Part shown: one piece after another, positions 13,601 to 25,600 of the stretch
Layout of the letters: each line of letters opens with the position of its first letter
Position numbering within the stretch: position 1 is the stretch's first letter
Assembly: GCA_001687465.1 (NCBI GenBank)
Contig: LVLI01000353.1
Location: 1-64,000, forward strand
Reading direction: 5' to 3'
DNA length: 64,000 bases
Source: Halocafeteria seosinensis
Lineage: Eukaryota
Translations under genes and position numbers: made by a program
Notes under the pieces: model-generated
Told to the model about the DNA's origin: nothing
The model's input: only the letters and a program-made list of their open reading frames with translations
The model's database searches: none

Positions 13601-16600
13601 AGTGGGTCAGTAAATATTCTTACGGGTAATGCAGCGGACGCCAGTGGGCGATTGTTTATAAGAACAGGAGCGGCGAACAAGCATTCCGGGAGTTTGTCCA
13701 TTACTACAGGTGCAAGTACTGCCGGTGATACCGGTGGCGTAGTAGTTCTTTCTGGGATGGCCGGCAATAACTCAGGAGACATTCTATTAGCTACTGGGAC
13801 GGCTAACAATGGGAGGTCAGGATCCTTGTCGATATTAACAGGCAGATCGTCGAATGGAGCATCTGGGCACGTAGCAGTTATTGCAGGGGACGCTAACAAT
13901 GGGTTGGGTGGGAGCATTAGCTTGCTTGCGGGTAGCTCCCAAAACCATGCGGCTACCGGAGGGGCAGTAACAATCATTACCGGAAACGGATGTTCTGATA
14001 GTGGAGCTATCCAGATAGAGTCGCACTGTATGTTTTCTGGTTCTTCTGGAAGTATTACATTGCGCAGTGGAGGCCTTAGCCAAGGTGCCACTGGACAGTT
14101 GGCTGTATCATCTGGTGGTAGCAATAGCGGGTCATCAGGAAATATTCTCGTTAGCTCCGGAGAGGCTGGGAACGACAGTGGAAGTATTACACTCAACACC
14201 GGTGCTGCCAACGAGGGGTCCTCCGGCGCCTTAGTCTTGTCGGTAGGAGAATCGAATGAGGGAAATACTGGCTTTTTACTGATGAGGACAGGTAGCGCCT
14301 GCAAAGCAAGTGGCTCCATATCCCTTGTTGCAGGTAGCTCAAATGGGGCAGGAGGGAACTTCTTGATCAAAGCTGGGGACTCGGGTGGAGAAGAAAATGG
14401 CGGGGCGATCATATTGGCATCTGGCAATGCCAACTTTGGCCAGAGTGGTAAAATATCACTGAGCACTGGAAGCAGCTCCTCAGCCGGTAGCTCCGGGGAA
14501 GCCACAATAAAAACTGGCAACTCAGTGAGCGGTGTGTCCGGAAGTATCTCAGTGGTTACTGGACGCTCGAACAGCGGTGACACCGGTTCGGTGGACATAG
14601 CTACAGGGGCGTCCAACTGTGCAGAATCAGGTGCTCTCCTTTTGTATTCTGGAGATAGTAACCAATCGGATTCTGGAGGACTGCTGCTGTCCTCTGGTAC
14701 AAGTAGTAACGGTAACAGTGGGTATATTGCCCTGGTGACGGGGAGTGCTCGTCATCGTACCGGCGCGATATCTATTGTTGTTGGTGAGTCAGAAGTTGAT
14801 GACGGTGGAGTAATCTCTATTCGGGCTGGTAACTCTAATGGGGTGAATGCGAAAGGTGGTTCTGTCAGTGTAGTGTCCGGATCGTCCCTGAACGGGAACA
14901 GCGGTAGCATTGAGCTTCGCACTCGCACATCTAAAAGTGGGAATTCAGGAAGAGTCGCATTTAGTACAGGAAGTTCTTGCCAGGGTTCTTCAGGGAGCCT
15001 ATCCTTCATATCTGGAAATGCAGCGCAGAGAAACTCTGGATCAATACATGTACAATCGGGATCGACTGTTAGTGGTACCAGTGGGAATATCCGAATTGCC
15101 ACCGGCAGAGCGCTCCAGTCCGGCTCTATAAGCGCTATGACTGGAGCAGCGAATGAGGAATCGGGCGACATTGTACTCTCTTCAGGCTCCGCTTCAAACT
15201 CCGGGTCTGTATCTATTGTTGCAGGAGTAGGCAATTCCATGGGAGGAAATGTAGTTCTTATGTCTGGTTCCAGTAACGGACAGAGTGGGTTCGTCAATGT
15301 AATTACGGGGTCCGGCGGTGCTGGTAAATCAGGAGAGCTGTCTCTATTCAGCGGTAGAGGATCTGTGGCAACAGGGAATATCAGGATGTTCTCTGGTGAG
15401 TCACAAGAGGGAAATTCAGGGTACGTAAAAATCTTTACAGGCTGTGCGCATGATGGTAAGAGTGGCTCTTTCGATATTGCGACCGGTAACTCCAATGATG
15501 ATCACTCCGGCTACATAAAATTGAGCACTGGGAGCGGTACGAAGTCGAGCGGTTCCATATCTTTGCTGGCCGGGATCGCCAATACCAATGCTGGGTCAAT
15601 AGTAATGAGTGGAGGCGACTCTTTGTCTGCTGCTGGTTTGGGTGGCTCAATAGAAATTGTTTCAGGAAAAGGAGAAGCTGCTTCCGGGATGTTGGAGTTT
15701 TCCACGGCCAAGGGCGGAAATAGTGGCACCTCGGGTTTGGTCGTGCTGCGCACGGGATCGTCTACCTCTGGAAATAGTGGAAGCGTCTCCGTGTTTACTG
15801 GACAAAGCAATTGTCAACGTTCGGGACATGTTCACATTGGTTCTGGAAATGGGAAAGAGCAAGGTTCCGGTTCCCTTACATTAGCGTCAGGTGACGCCGA
15901 GGCCAAGTTTTCTGGGAGCATTTCCATCTCGACAGGCAACGCCTGCAGTGGAGCCTCTGGATCTATTCTGTACGGGAGCGGAGGGAGCACGAGTGGACCT
16001 AGCGGCTCAATCTCTCTTTTAAGTGGGGCGTCTAACGGAGGAAACACTGGTAGTGTGACGATAAAAACCGGCAAAACATCCACAGAAGCAGAAACGGGAG
16101 ACATCACTGTATCTACTGGCCAGAGCCCTTTAGGAATTTCGGGAGGTATGACCTTGAGGACTGGATGTGCTGATAGTTGGAGTGGTTCTCTTAGTGTTTC
16201 GACTGGTTCCTCCGCTGAAAATAGCGGCTACCTCTATTTCAGTACAGGAAACAGCAACAACGGGAATTCTGGAGCTGTAGACGTTACCACGGGGGCCGCC
16301 TCCTGTAGGGGTAGTGGTGCCATTTCTCTGTCTACTGGCTCGGGCCATAACACGGGAAAGCTTGTGCTGGAGACCGGTGTGTCCAATAAAAGGTCAGGCT
16401 CAATCTATGTGAGCTCCGGTAATGCAGGGATGAGTACTGGAATGGTAAAGATTCTTACTGGAAAAAGTGACTCTGCGTCTTCAGGAAATGTCATACTAGC
16501 GACGGGAAATTCAAACACAGGGCAGAGCGGTGGGGTGGCCATCAAGAGCGGAAAGGGGAACACCAGCGGAGAATTAGAGCTGAGGAGTGGAGACTCAAAC

Positions 16601-19600
16601 TCCGGGAATAGTGGCTCGCTTCGGATGCATTCTGGAAGCAGTAATAACGGGGCTTCGGGCTCAATTTCGATATTAACGGGGAAAGCGCAGGGTGCTACCG
16701 GCGGTTTGGAGATGATAACGGGGACCTCTGCCCTTAGCGACAGTGGGTATATCGAGGTTCAAACTGGTACGGGTAACAAGAGTGGGAGGTTGAGTTTCTC
16801 GACTGGCAATGCTAGCTCTGGAAACACCGGTTACATAGCAATAGTAACCGGAGACAGTGAGGTAGAAACTACTGGTTCAATAAGTATCACAGTTGGGCAA
16901 GCAAACGCTGGCAAGGGGGGGGATGTGCATATCTCGGCGGGTTCTTCTTCTGACCCGTCAAGTGGAGGTGGAAGAATCACCGTTATTAGTGGCGGTGGTA
17001 ATTCCGGAGGCAGTGGAGACGTCAGCATTCGCACAGCGAATGCACTTCACGAAGGAGATACCGGCACGGTTGTGCTCAGTACTGGTAATACCAACACTGG
17101 CAATACTGGAAGCATCACTCTGCGCTCAGGAATGACTACTTCTGGAGACACTGGCGATTTGATCTTTAGTAGTGGTACATCGAAGAAAGGAAACAGTGGT
17201 ACATTGACCCTTGGAACCGGTGCCACAACAAATGGAGACAGTGGTCGTCTTAGTATACGCAGTGGACAAGCGAATAACGGAAATAGTGGATACCTTTTGT
17301 TGGCTACTGGGAGTGCAAATGGTGGTAGTGGTGGATCAATTTCGATGCTAGTAGGGTCAAGTACTGTTGGAAATGGTGGTGATGTGTACATTTCTGCTGG
17401 ATCTTCGACTGATGTGGATGCTCGTGGTGGCAATATACAGATAATTAGTGGCGGCGGTAACACCGGCGGTAGCGGAAGCCTAAGCATTGTTTCAGCGGAT
17501 ACTAATGCTGGTACATCTGGCTCGTTTACTCTTCGCAGCGGGTCTTCAAATACCGGAAATAGTGGAGGGTTGGTTCTGCACACTGGCAATGCGGCTACGG
17601 GCAACTCGGGAACTCTTTCCATGACGACTGGGATGTCCAACTTTGGCTCCAGCGGCAAGGTTGTGTTAGCCACCGGGGGGTCTTGCAACGGGATGACCGG
17701 CTCTATCGATATGAGTACAGGTGCTGCATCTTCTGGTGGTTCTGGGAGAATACTGGTACGCACCGGAGATTCCAATAGTTCTTCTTCCGGGTCAATTTCA
17801 ATGGTAACTGGAACGTCAAACAAGAAAACTGGCGGTCTTACATTTTCCAGCGGGGACGGAAGCGAGAACAGTGGTATCCTTGTGGTCTCCACAGGGAAAA
17901 GCATTTGCGGGAATAGTGGAATGATCACTATTGCAACTGGGAAAAGTGCAGGTACTGGTGCTTCGGGCAACATTGCTATGTCCTCCGGAGAAACTAATCA
18001 AGGATCGTCGGGATCAATATCTATCCTCTCTGGTTCCTCCGCAAGCGCTAACAGCGGCGATATAGTTCTAAGTACGGGAGCCGCTCCTAATGGGAAAGCG
18101 GGTTCCATCCTGCTTGGCACAGCAGCTGGTGGCGATGGTCGGGCAGGAGGCTTTTCTTTAGTTTCCGGGTTATCTTCCAACGGGAATGGTGCGCACGTTG
18201 TAATATTTGCAGGCTCTACCCTTGATATGGACGGAACAGGTGGTTCGGTCTCGATTTCCTCTGGAGGGGGTAGTTGTGGTGATTCTGGTGGGCTTGTGTT
18301 GGAGACTGCAGATGCCCATGCGGTTTCCGGTATTATATCAGTTTCAACTGGTATGTCAGAGAATAACTCGGGAGCGTTGACACTTGGTACGGGAATTGCA
18401 CATTCCGGAACAAGTGGGGGCATTTCTATCTTCACGGGGGTCAGTAACATCGGCCACTCGGGGGTGATCGACATCTTTTCAGGTGACGCCAGTTCCGGTG
18501 CTTCTGGAAAGATTGAGGTGCTTACGGGGTCTTCTTGTAGTGGCAATTCTGGTAGTATTTTGATTAAGTCCGGTGAAGCAAACAGCGGCAGTAGTGGTAG
18601 CCTCTCTCTACTCGCAGGAAACGGAAATTCCGGGGGCAGTGTCGATGTGCGCGCAGGAATGGGCAATAATGGGGACGGTGGTTATGTTGCAGTAATTTCA
18701 GGGTCTTCTTGCAGTGGAAATACCGGCTCAATTTCTCTAGTTACTGCTGACACCGAGTCTAATGCCTCTTCGGGTTTAGTAAACATTCGATCGGGCAACG
18801 CGGGAGGGGCTTCGGGTAGGATTACAATGGAGACAGGAAATGCTGAAGCCAATAGCGGGCACATTAGGTTTGAAACTGGTACCTCTGTCTCCGGTGCGAG
18901 CGGTAGCATTTCTATGTTTACGGGAAAGAGCGACGGTGATTCAGAATCCGGGGCAATAAATTTGACTACAGGCAATGCAAACGGGAAATCAGGGTCGTTA
19001 AATATCTCCTCAGGGAATTCTCTTACGGGGAACTCTGGGGGCATCACAATATCGGTTGGGTCTAGCAGCTCTGGAATGGGTGGGTCTATTTCGATTTCGA
19101 CAGGGGAGAGCAATGCAGAAAACAGCGGACGAGTAGTGCTACTAAGTGGAAACTCTGAGTGTGGTCGATCTGGGACAATAGTTATGACGAGCGGGTCCAG
19201 CAACGCCTCTACAAGTGGGGCAATTTTAGTTGCCACTGGTGCTAGCTGTTCAGGGGCTTCGGGTAGTTTTGAGTACGCAACAGGGGAAAGCCAACATGGG
19301 TCATCAGGCGAATTGACAGTTAGATCGGGAAACGGCATGTCTTCCGGCTCGATTTCCTTAGTGTCCGGAGACTCAGAAGCAGATTCCGGGAAGTTAGCTC
19401 TGGGTACGGGTACGTCAGATGGCTCCAATGCTGGTTCAATACGTATAAGCACAGGAACAGCTAACTGTGGGAGATCAGGTTCGATATCCGTTGTAGTGGG
19501 TCGTAGCACAAATGGAAACGGTGGAATCGTCTCTATCAGGGCGGGTAGCTCTCACAAACTGAAGGGTGGCAGTGTCAGTATCTCTAGCGGAGCTTCCCCT

Positions 19601-22600
19601 ACGGACAGTGGTGATCTCCTCCTACACAGCGCTAGCAGTAACGCAGGTGGCAACAGCGGAGCTTTGAGTATCTTTTCAGGAGATGCAAGTACTGGCGACA
19701 CTGGATCTCTTACTCTACAGACAGGGTCGTCCTCATGCGGGTCTACAGGCAGTTTTGATGTTATTTCAGGAAGTACTAATGTAGGAAATAGCGGAATGAT
19801 TCGCATAGAAACAGGCGCAGCAAACCAGGCTAAGAGCGGGGGTATTCGCCTACGTACTGGAGCCACTTCCTGTGGCAATGCTGGACACATACATATAGCA
19901 ACAGGATCCTCCAAAACCGCCGTTGGCGGTACCTTTTCGCTGTTAGCCGGCTCAAGCGAAACCGCGAGAGGTGGTGACGTTATTGTAGCAGCCGGCTCTT
20001 CATCGGACCCCGATGCGCAAGGTGGAAACGTAAGGATCACGAGCGGAGGTGGCAATGCTGGAGACAGTGGAGCGATAACAATCTATAGTCCCGACGCGTT
20101 GTCAACTGGAAATACCGGGCAAATACTGTTAAGCACTGGAGACGCTAATTCTGGAGACACAGGAGCGATCATATTCCGATCAGGCGTAACAACCTTGGGT
20201 GACTCTGGTGAGGTCATGTTGAGCAGTGGTATGTCCTGTGGAGGAAATAGTGGAACTCTAACGTTAGGCACTGGTGCCACCACAAACGGTGATAGTGGGC
20301 GCATTGTCTTGCAAAGTGGATCTACGAACAACGGGAATGCCGGGTTCATTCTTATTGGTAGTGGTCAAGCAACAAATGGCATCGGTGGATCAATTTCTCT
20401 GTTGGTTGGGTCTAGTGATTCAGGTAGCGGAGGTAATGTATACGTTGCTGCTGGCTCGTCATCGGATTCGACCGCGGCGGGAGGGTCGATACAGATTCTT
20501 AGCGGAGGTGGTGACTCGGGAGGGAGTGGAGACATTTCTATCGAGAGTTCCTCTGCCACGATCGAAGGGAGTACGGGCGCAATCCTCTTAAGTAGCGGTG
20601 ACACTTGTAGTGGGAACACGGGGTCGATCATTCTCCGTTCAGGACTGACAAGTGCAGGTGATTCAGGTGAAGTCATGCTCAGCAGTGGTATATCGCTGAT
20701 GGGTAACAGCGGGAGACTGACACTTGGTACGGGAGCCTCCACGGACGGGGACAGTGGCCGCATTATTTTACATAGTGGTGGAGCAAACAACGGTAATGCC
20801 GGCTATATCGTGATTGGTACTGGGAAAGCGCAATGTGGTGTAGGAGGCTCGATTTCGATCCTCGTAGGCTCAAGTGGAAGTGGTAATGGTGGTAATATTA
20901 ACCTCTCCGCTGGAAGCTCATGTGAACGAGGCGGAGGAATAGTCTTAGCTTCCGGAGAGGGTGAAACGTTTTCGGGGGCTATTTCTATTTTCACCGGAAA
21001 AAGCAATTCCTCTGGAAGCGGAGGTTTAGCCATTGGCACAGGCATATCCGCAAAAGAGTCTGGAAGCGTCCAAATTGACACCGGTACATCCAACGGAGAC
21101 TCCGGCCTGATTCTCATCAGTTCAGGAGATTCGGATACAGGTGTTTCTGGTGAGGTGACGGTGAAAACAGGAGGTGGTTGTAAGCAGTCAGGGCTTATAA
21201 GTATTCGTTCGGGGGAGAGTAATCTTGTGAACTCTGGTTCAATCATCCTCGCTACGGGCAATGCCAATAGCGGTAGATCCGGAAACCTAATTATCTCTGT
21301 TGGACGGGGCAACGAAAATGGAGGCTCAATCCGCATTGAAGCTGGTGCATCCACTGGTGGCAACGGGGGTGGTATAAGTATTACCTCGGGAAATGGCGTT
21401 TCCTCAGGCAAGGTATTTATAGCGTCTGGTAACAGTTCATGCGGAAACAGTGGTAGCCTGAGCATTGTAAGCGGAGAAGCTGAAAACGTCTCTGGGTCGA
21501 TCACGTTTCGTAGTGGTGACGCCGATAAGGATTCAGGAAGCTTGGACATATCCTCTGGAGCCGCACAATCAGGCAACTCTGGATTCATTCTCCTAGCGAC
21601 GGGCCCCTCAAACTGTGGGATAGCCGGGTCGCTTTCTATTGTTACAGGCTCTTCACAAAACAAAGGTTCCAGCATTTACATAAGAGCTGGAGAAACAAAC
21701 TCATCGACTCATGAAGGGGGATCAATCTCGTTAATTACTGGAGATTCAGTGGGGGGAACAACAGGTTCCCTGACCCTTCGTACTTCGGGGAACACTGCAT
21801 CAATGGACTCAGGAGAAATAGGACTAGTCTCTGGACGTGTTAACGAAGGAAATAGTGGTTATATAGCCATATATTCTGGATTGACTAACTGTGGTACCTC
21901 CGGGACAATCAGCGTGACGACAGGTTTATCAACTTCTGGGAACACAGGTGGAATTACAATTGCCACCGGTGTCACGACTGAAGGGGATTCTGGAAGTGCA
22001 ACTTTACGCACAGGGAAATCTACCTCAGGAAACAGTGGTAACGTCTTGATAAGTACAGGGGAAGGTATCAATACTGGCTCAATTTCTGTTGTTGTTGGTT
22101 CAGCTACCACCAACGGAGGATCTCTCGCGGTTATGGCAGGGTCGGCGACGGGGTCAGACGGGATTGGTGGAGCTATCACGATTGCAAGTGGATCTGGAAC
22201 CGCAACAAGTGGTTTTATAGATATTGAGAGCGGTAAAGCTCACGATTCAAGTGGGTCGTTGAGTGTAGAGACAGGAGCGGCTAATAACGGCGATTCCGGT
22301 GATATAAGCATTGGCACTGGGAATTCTAACTCCGGGAAATCGGGGTCTATACTCTTGAGTGTAGGCGATAGTAATCATGGTGGCGTTGGAGCTGTGCAGT
22401 TTCAAACTGGGACAGCAAATGCCGGAGACTCTGGGTCCGTAAAATTTGTGGTCGGGGATAGTGATAGTGGAAATTCTGGCAGTCTTATATTTGTCACGGG
22501 GAAGTCCAATTCGGCCGACTCGGGATCAATTAGAGTTATCACAGGGAACAGTGATTCTGGGAATTCGGGTTCGATTTCCTTGCTCGGTGGGTTGGCGGAA

Positions 22601-25600
22601 AATGGTAACGGGGGTGACATTTTCCTCTCAGCCGGCCGGAGTGAGGCAGGCCGAGGAGGCGATGCAACCATTTTCACAGGTCTTGGTTCCAACGGTGATT
22701 CAGGGGCTCTGTCTCTTATTTCTGCCACGGCAGACGGAAATTCAGGAAGGCTGAGTTTGACTACAGGTAAATCTGCTCAGGAATCTACTGGAAACATCGT
22801 AATGGCATCCGGAACCTCGGGCACGGATAGCGGTACGGTTTCGATTCTGACTGGCGGTGCCAATGGAGACTCAGGTTCTATTACGCTGTCTACGGGTTCA
22901 TCTAATTCCGCCATGTCTGGTGGTATCTCGTTATTTTCTGGAGGCGCGGACTCGAGTGGGTCTGTTGTAATCCGGAGTGGGAATGCCAATGTTGGAGGCG
23001 GGGGCTCTATAGAACTCGAGACTGGCGAATCCTCTCTTTCTAGTAGTGGAGGGATCAGTATTCGAACGGGAGACGTAGACGTAGCAGGGGCTTCCGGAAA
23101 TATCCTATTCTCCACCGGTAGCTCTTGTGATGGAGACACTGGAGGCTTTACGGCGTCTACCGGCTCAACAAACATAGGAAACAGTGGAGCTCTTGAAGTT
23201 CGCTCAGGGATGGCTCAGTGCGGTTCTTCCGGGTTTATCATCCTTCAGACTGGAGATTCCAGAAGCGGAGAAAGCGGGGGTCTAAGCTTTGTTTCAGGAG
23301 CTAGCAATGCTGGCGAAGGCGGGGGAATCGTTCTGTCAGCTGGCTCAAGTGTAGCTTGTGGTTCTGGTGGCTCAATTGACTTCTTTTCAGGCTCTGCATG
23401 CAACGGAGAGACTGGGTCATTGACCATCGTGACCGCCGCAAGCAATTTAGCTAATACCGGGCATATCTTACTCAGTACTGGGAATGCTATCACCGGTTCC
23501 TCCGGTCATGTTGTTTTGTCCACTGGTTCGTCGAAGCATGGAGAAAGTGGAGGAGTTACCATCACGACTGGGGACGTTACTGCCTCTAATGCTGCAGCTG
23601 GAGACTTTGATTGGGAAGCCGGTTCCAGTAGCAAGGGAACAGGGGGGTCAATTCTACTGACCGGTGGGAGCGGAAATCGCGGTGGGTCTGTGTCGATCAT
23701 CGCTGGAGTAGCGTGCAGTAGTTCCGGTATTGGTGGCTGCATCGCTTTTGAGACCGGACGCAACAACGATGGAATGTCAGGTGAACTGTTGCTCTTGACA
23801 GGTGACGGCTGTTCTTCCGGAAGCATCACTCTCGCCACCGGTACTGCTAGCACTGACATATCCGGATCAATCACCGTATCAACAGGTAATAGCGGAAACG
23901 AAGGGGCTGCTGGAGGCATAGAGTTACAAGCGGGTAACAGCATTGACAACACAGGAGCAGGTGGCGGTATCACCGTTCGAGCTGGCAAAAGTAGCACCCA
24001 AGCGGACGGAGGAGACATAGAAATTGTTGGTGGGGGTAGCACTTCTGGCAACGGAGGCTCCGTACGTCTTCAAGCAGGAAACAGCGTACACCACGATGGG
24101 GGTGATTTATCAATTGCCTCTGGCAGCGGAAACACAGAATCCGGGAGTATAGACATCCGGTCAGGGGATGCAAATTCTTCTGGATTCTTAGCTTTAGTGT
24201 CTGGCAAGAGTAGCGGAACCAGTGGTTCTATCAGTTTGATTACTGGATCCAGTAGCACAGGATCCAGCGGGGATATTATACTATCCACGGGAAGTGCATC
24301 AGTGGCTTCTGGAAGCATTTCTTTGTTTGCAGGCGAAAGCAATGGTGACGGGGGTGCCCTTGTTTTACAAAGTGGCCGCAGCAACACTGGCACGAGTGGG
24401 GAGGTCATTATTGCATCTCGCAACGGTCAGTGTTCGGGCTCAATCGAGATTCGTACGGGTAGTTCTGATGTTTCCAGTGGTTTCGTCGACATTAGCACGG
24501 GAGATAGCAACGGTGCAGCTGGCAGCATCAGCATTACCGTAGGCTCGGCTAAGGACAAAGCTGGGGATGTTGTCATTAGGGCTGGCGACGCTTCCTCTGG
24601 TAGTGATTACAATGGGGGATCCGTTTCCATTATAGCTGGCAAAGGACCAAGCGCCGCGACAAAACGCAGCGGCGTCGTGAGAATAGAGACCAGTAGCAGT
24701 ATCTCTGGTGACTCGGGTAAGGTAACATTAGCTACAGGCAACTCGGACGGAGTATCCAATGGCTCGGGTGCTATCACGCTCCAGACTGGGGTAGGAACAG
24801 GTTCTTCCGGGAATATTCATCTCCTAGTGGGTGATTCAAATGCTAACGGTGGATGCATCATACTTTCTGCCGGGAAGTCTGTCCGTTCGGGCACTGGTGG
24901 CACCGTTCTTATACAGGGAGGATCGTCATCCAGCGGGAATGGTGGATATGTCATTTTGTCAGCGGGTAGTGGGTCAGCAAATGGTGGTGCCATTAGTATA
25001 CAAAGTGGCGCTAGCAATTTTGCCCTCAGCGGCAGTGTGCATGTACTTACGGGAGATGCTTGTGAAGGGTCTAGTGGTGATATAGATATCGGGACAGGAA
25101 GAGCTACCTCAGGTAGAAGTGGCGACGTTCAATTTACGACAGGTGATTCAAGTGGAGGCAATAGCGGCGAGCTTGTTTTGGCAAGCGGAAAGGCTTCGAG
25201 TGCTGACGCGCATGGGGGCTCCATATCGATTGTTGTGGGCGCATCCGGCAACAATGCGCGTGGTGGCAACTTGCTCCTTCAGAGTGGGAAAGGTGGCTCG
25301 CACTCTGGAAGTTTGTCGATGATCACAGGTAACGGCGGGAACACCGGCTCCATTGTATTTTCATCCGGCCAGGCGAACAAACAGTCAGGGAAACTTGCCT
25401 TTTCCACGGGGAAATCGAATTGCGGAACGTCTGGTGATATAGTAATGAACATTGGCACATCTGTGAACGGAAACGGGGGCAACTTCCTCGTGACGTTAGG
25501 TAGTGCAGAAACCGGAAACGGAGGAAGCATTAGTCTCCTCAGTGGGGATGGCAATCGGGGTGGTGACATCGTAGTCTCTGCCGGGGATGGTACTTCTAAT

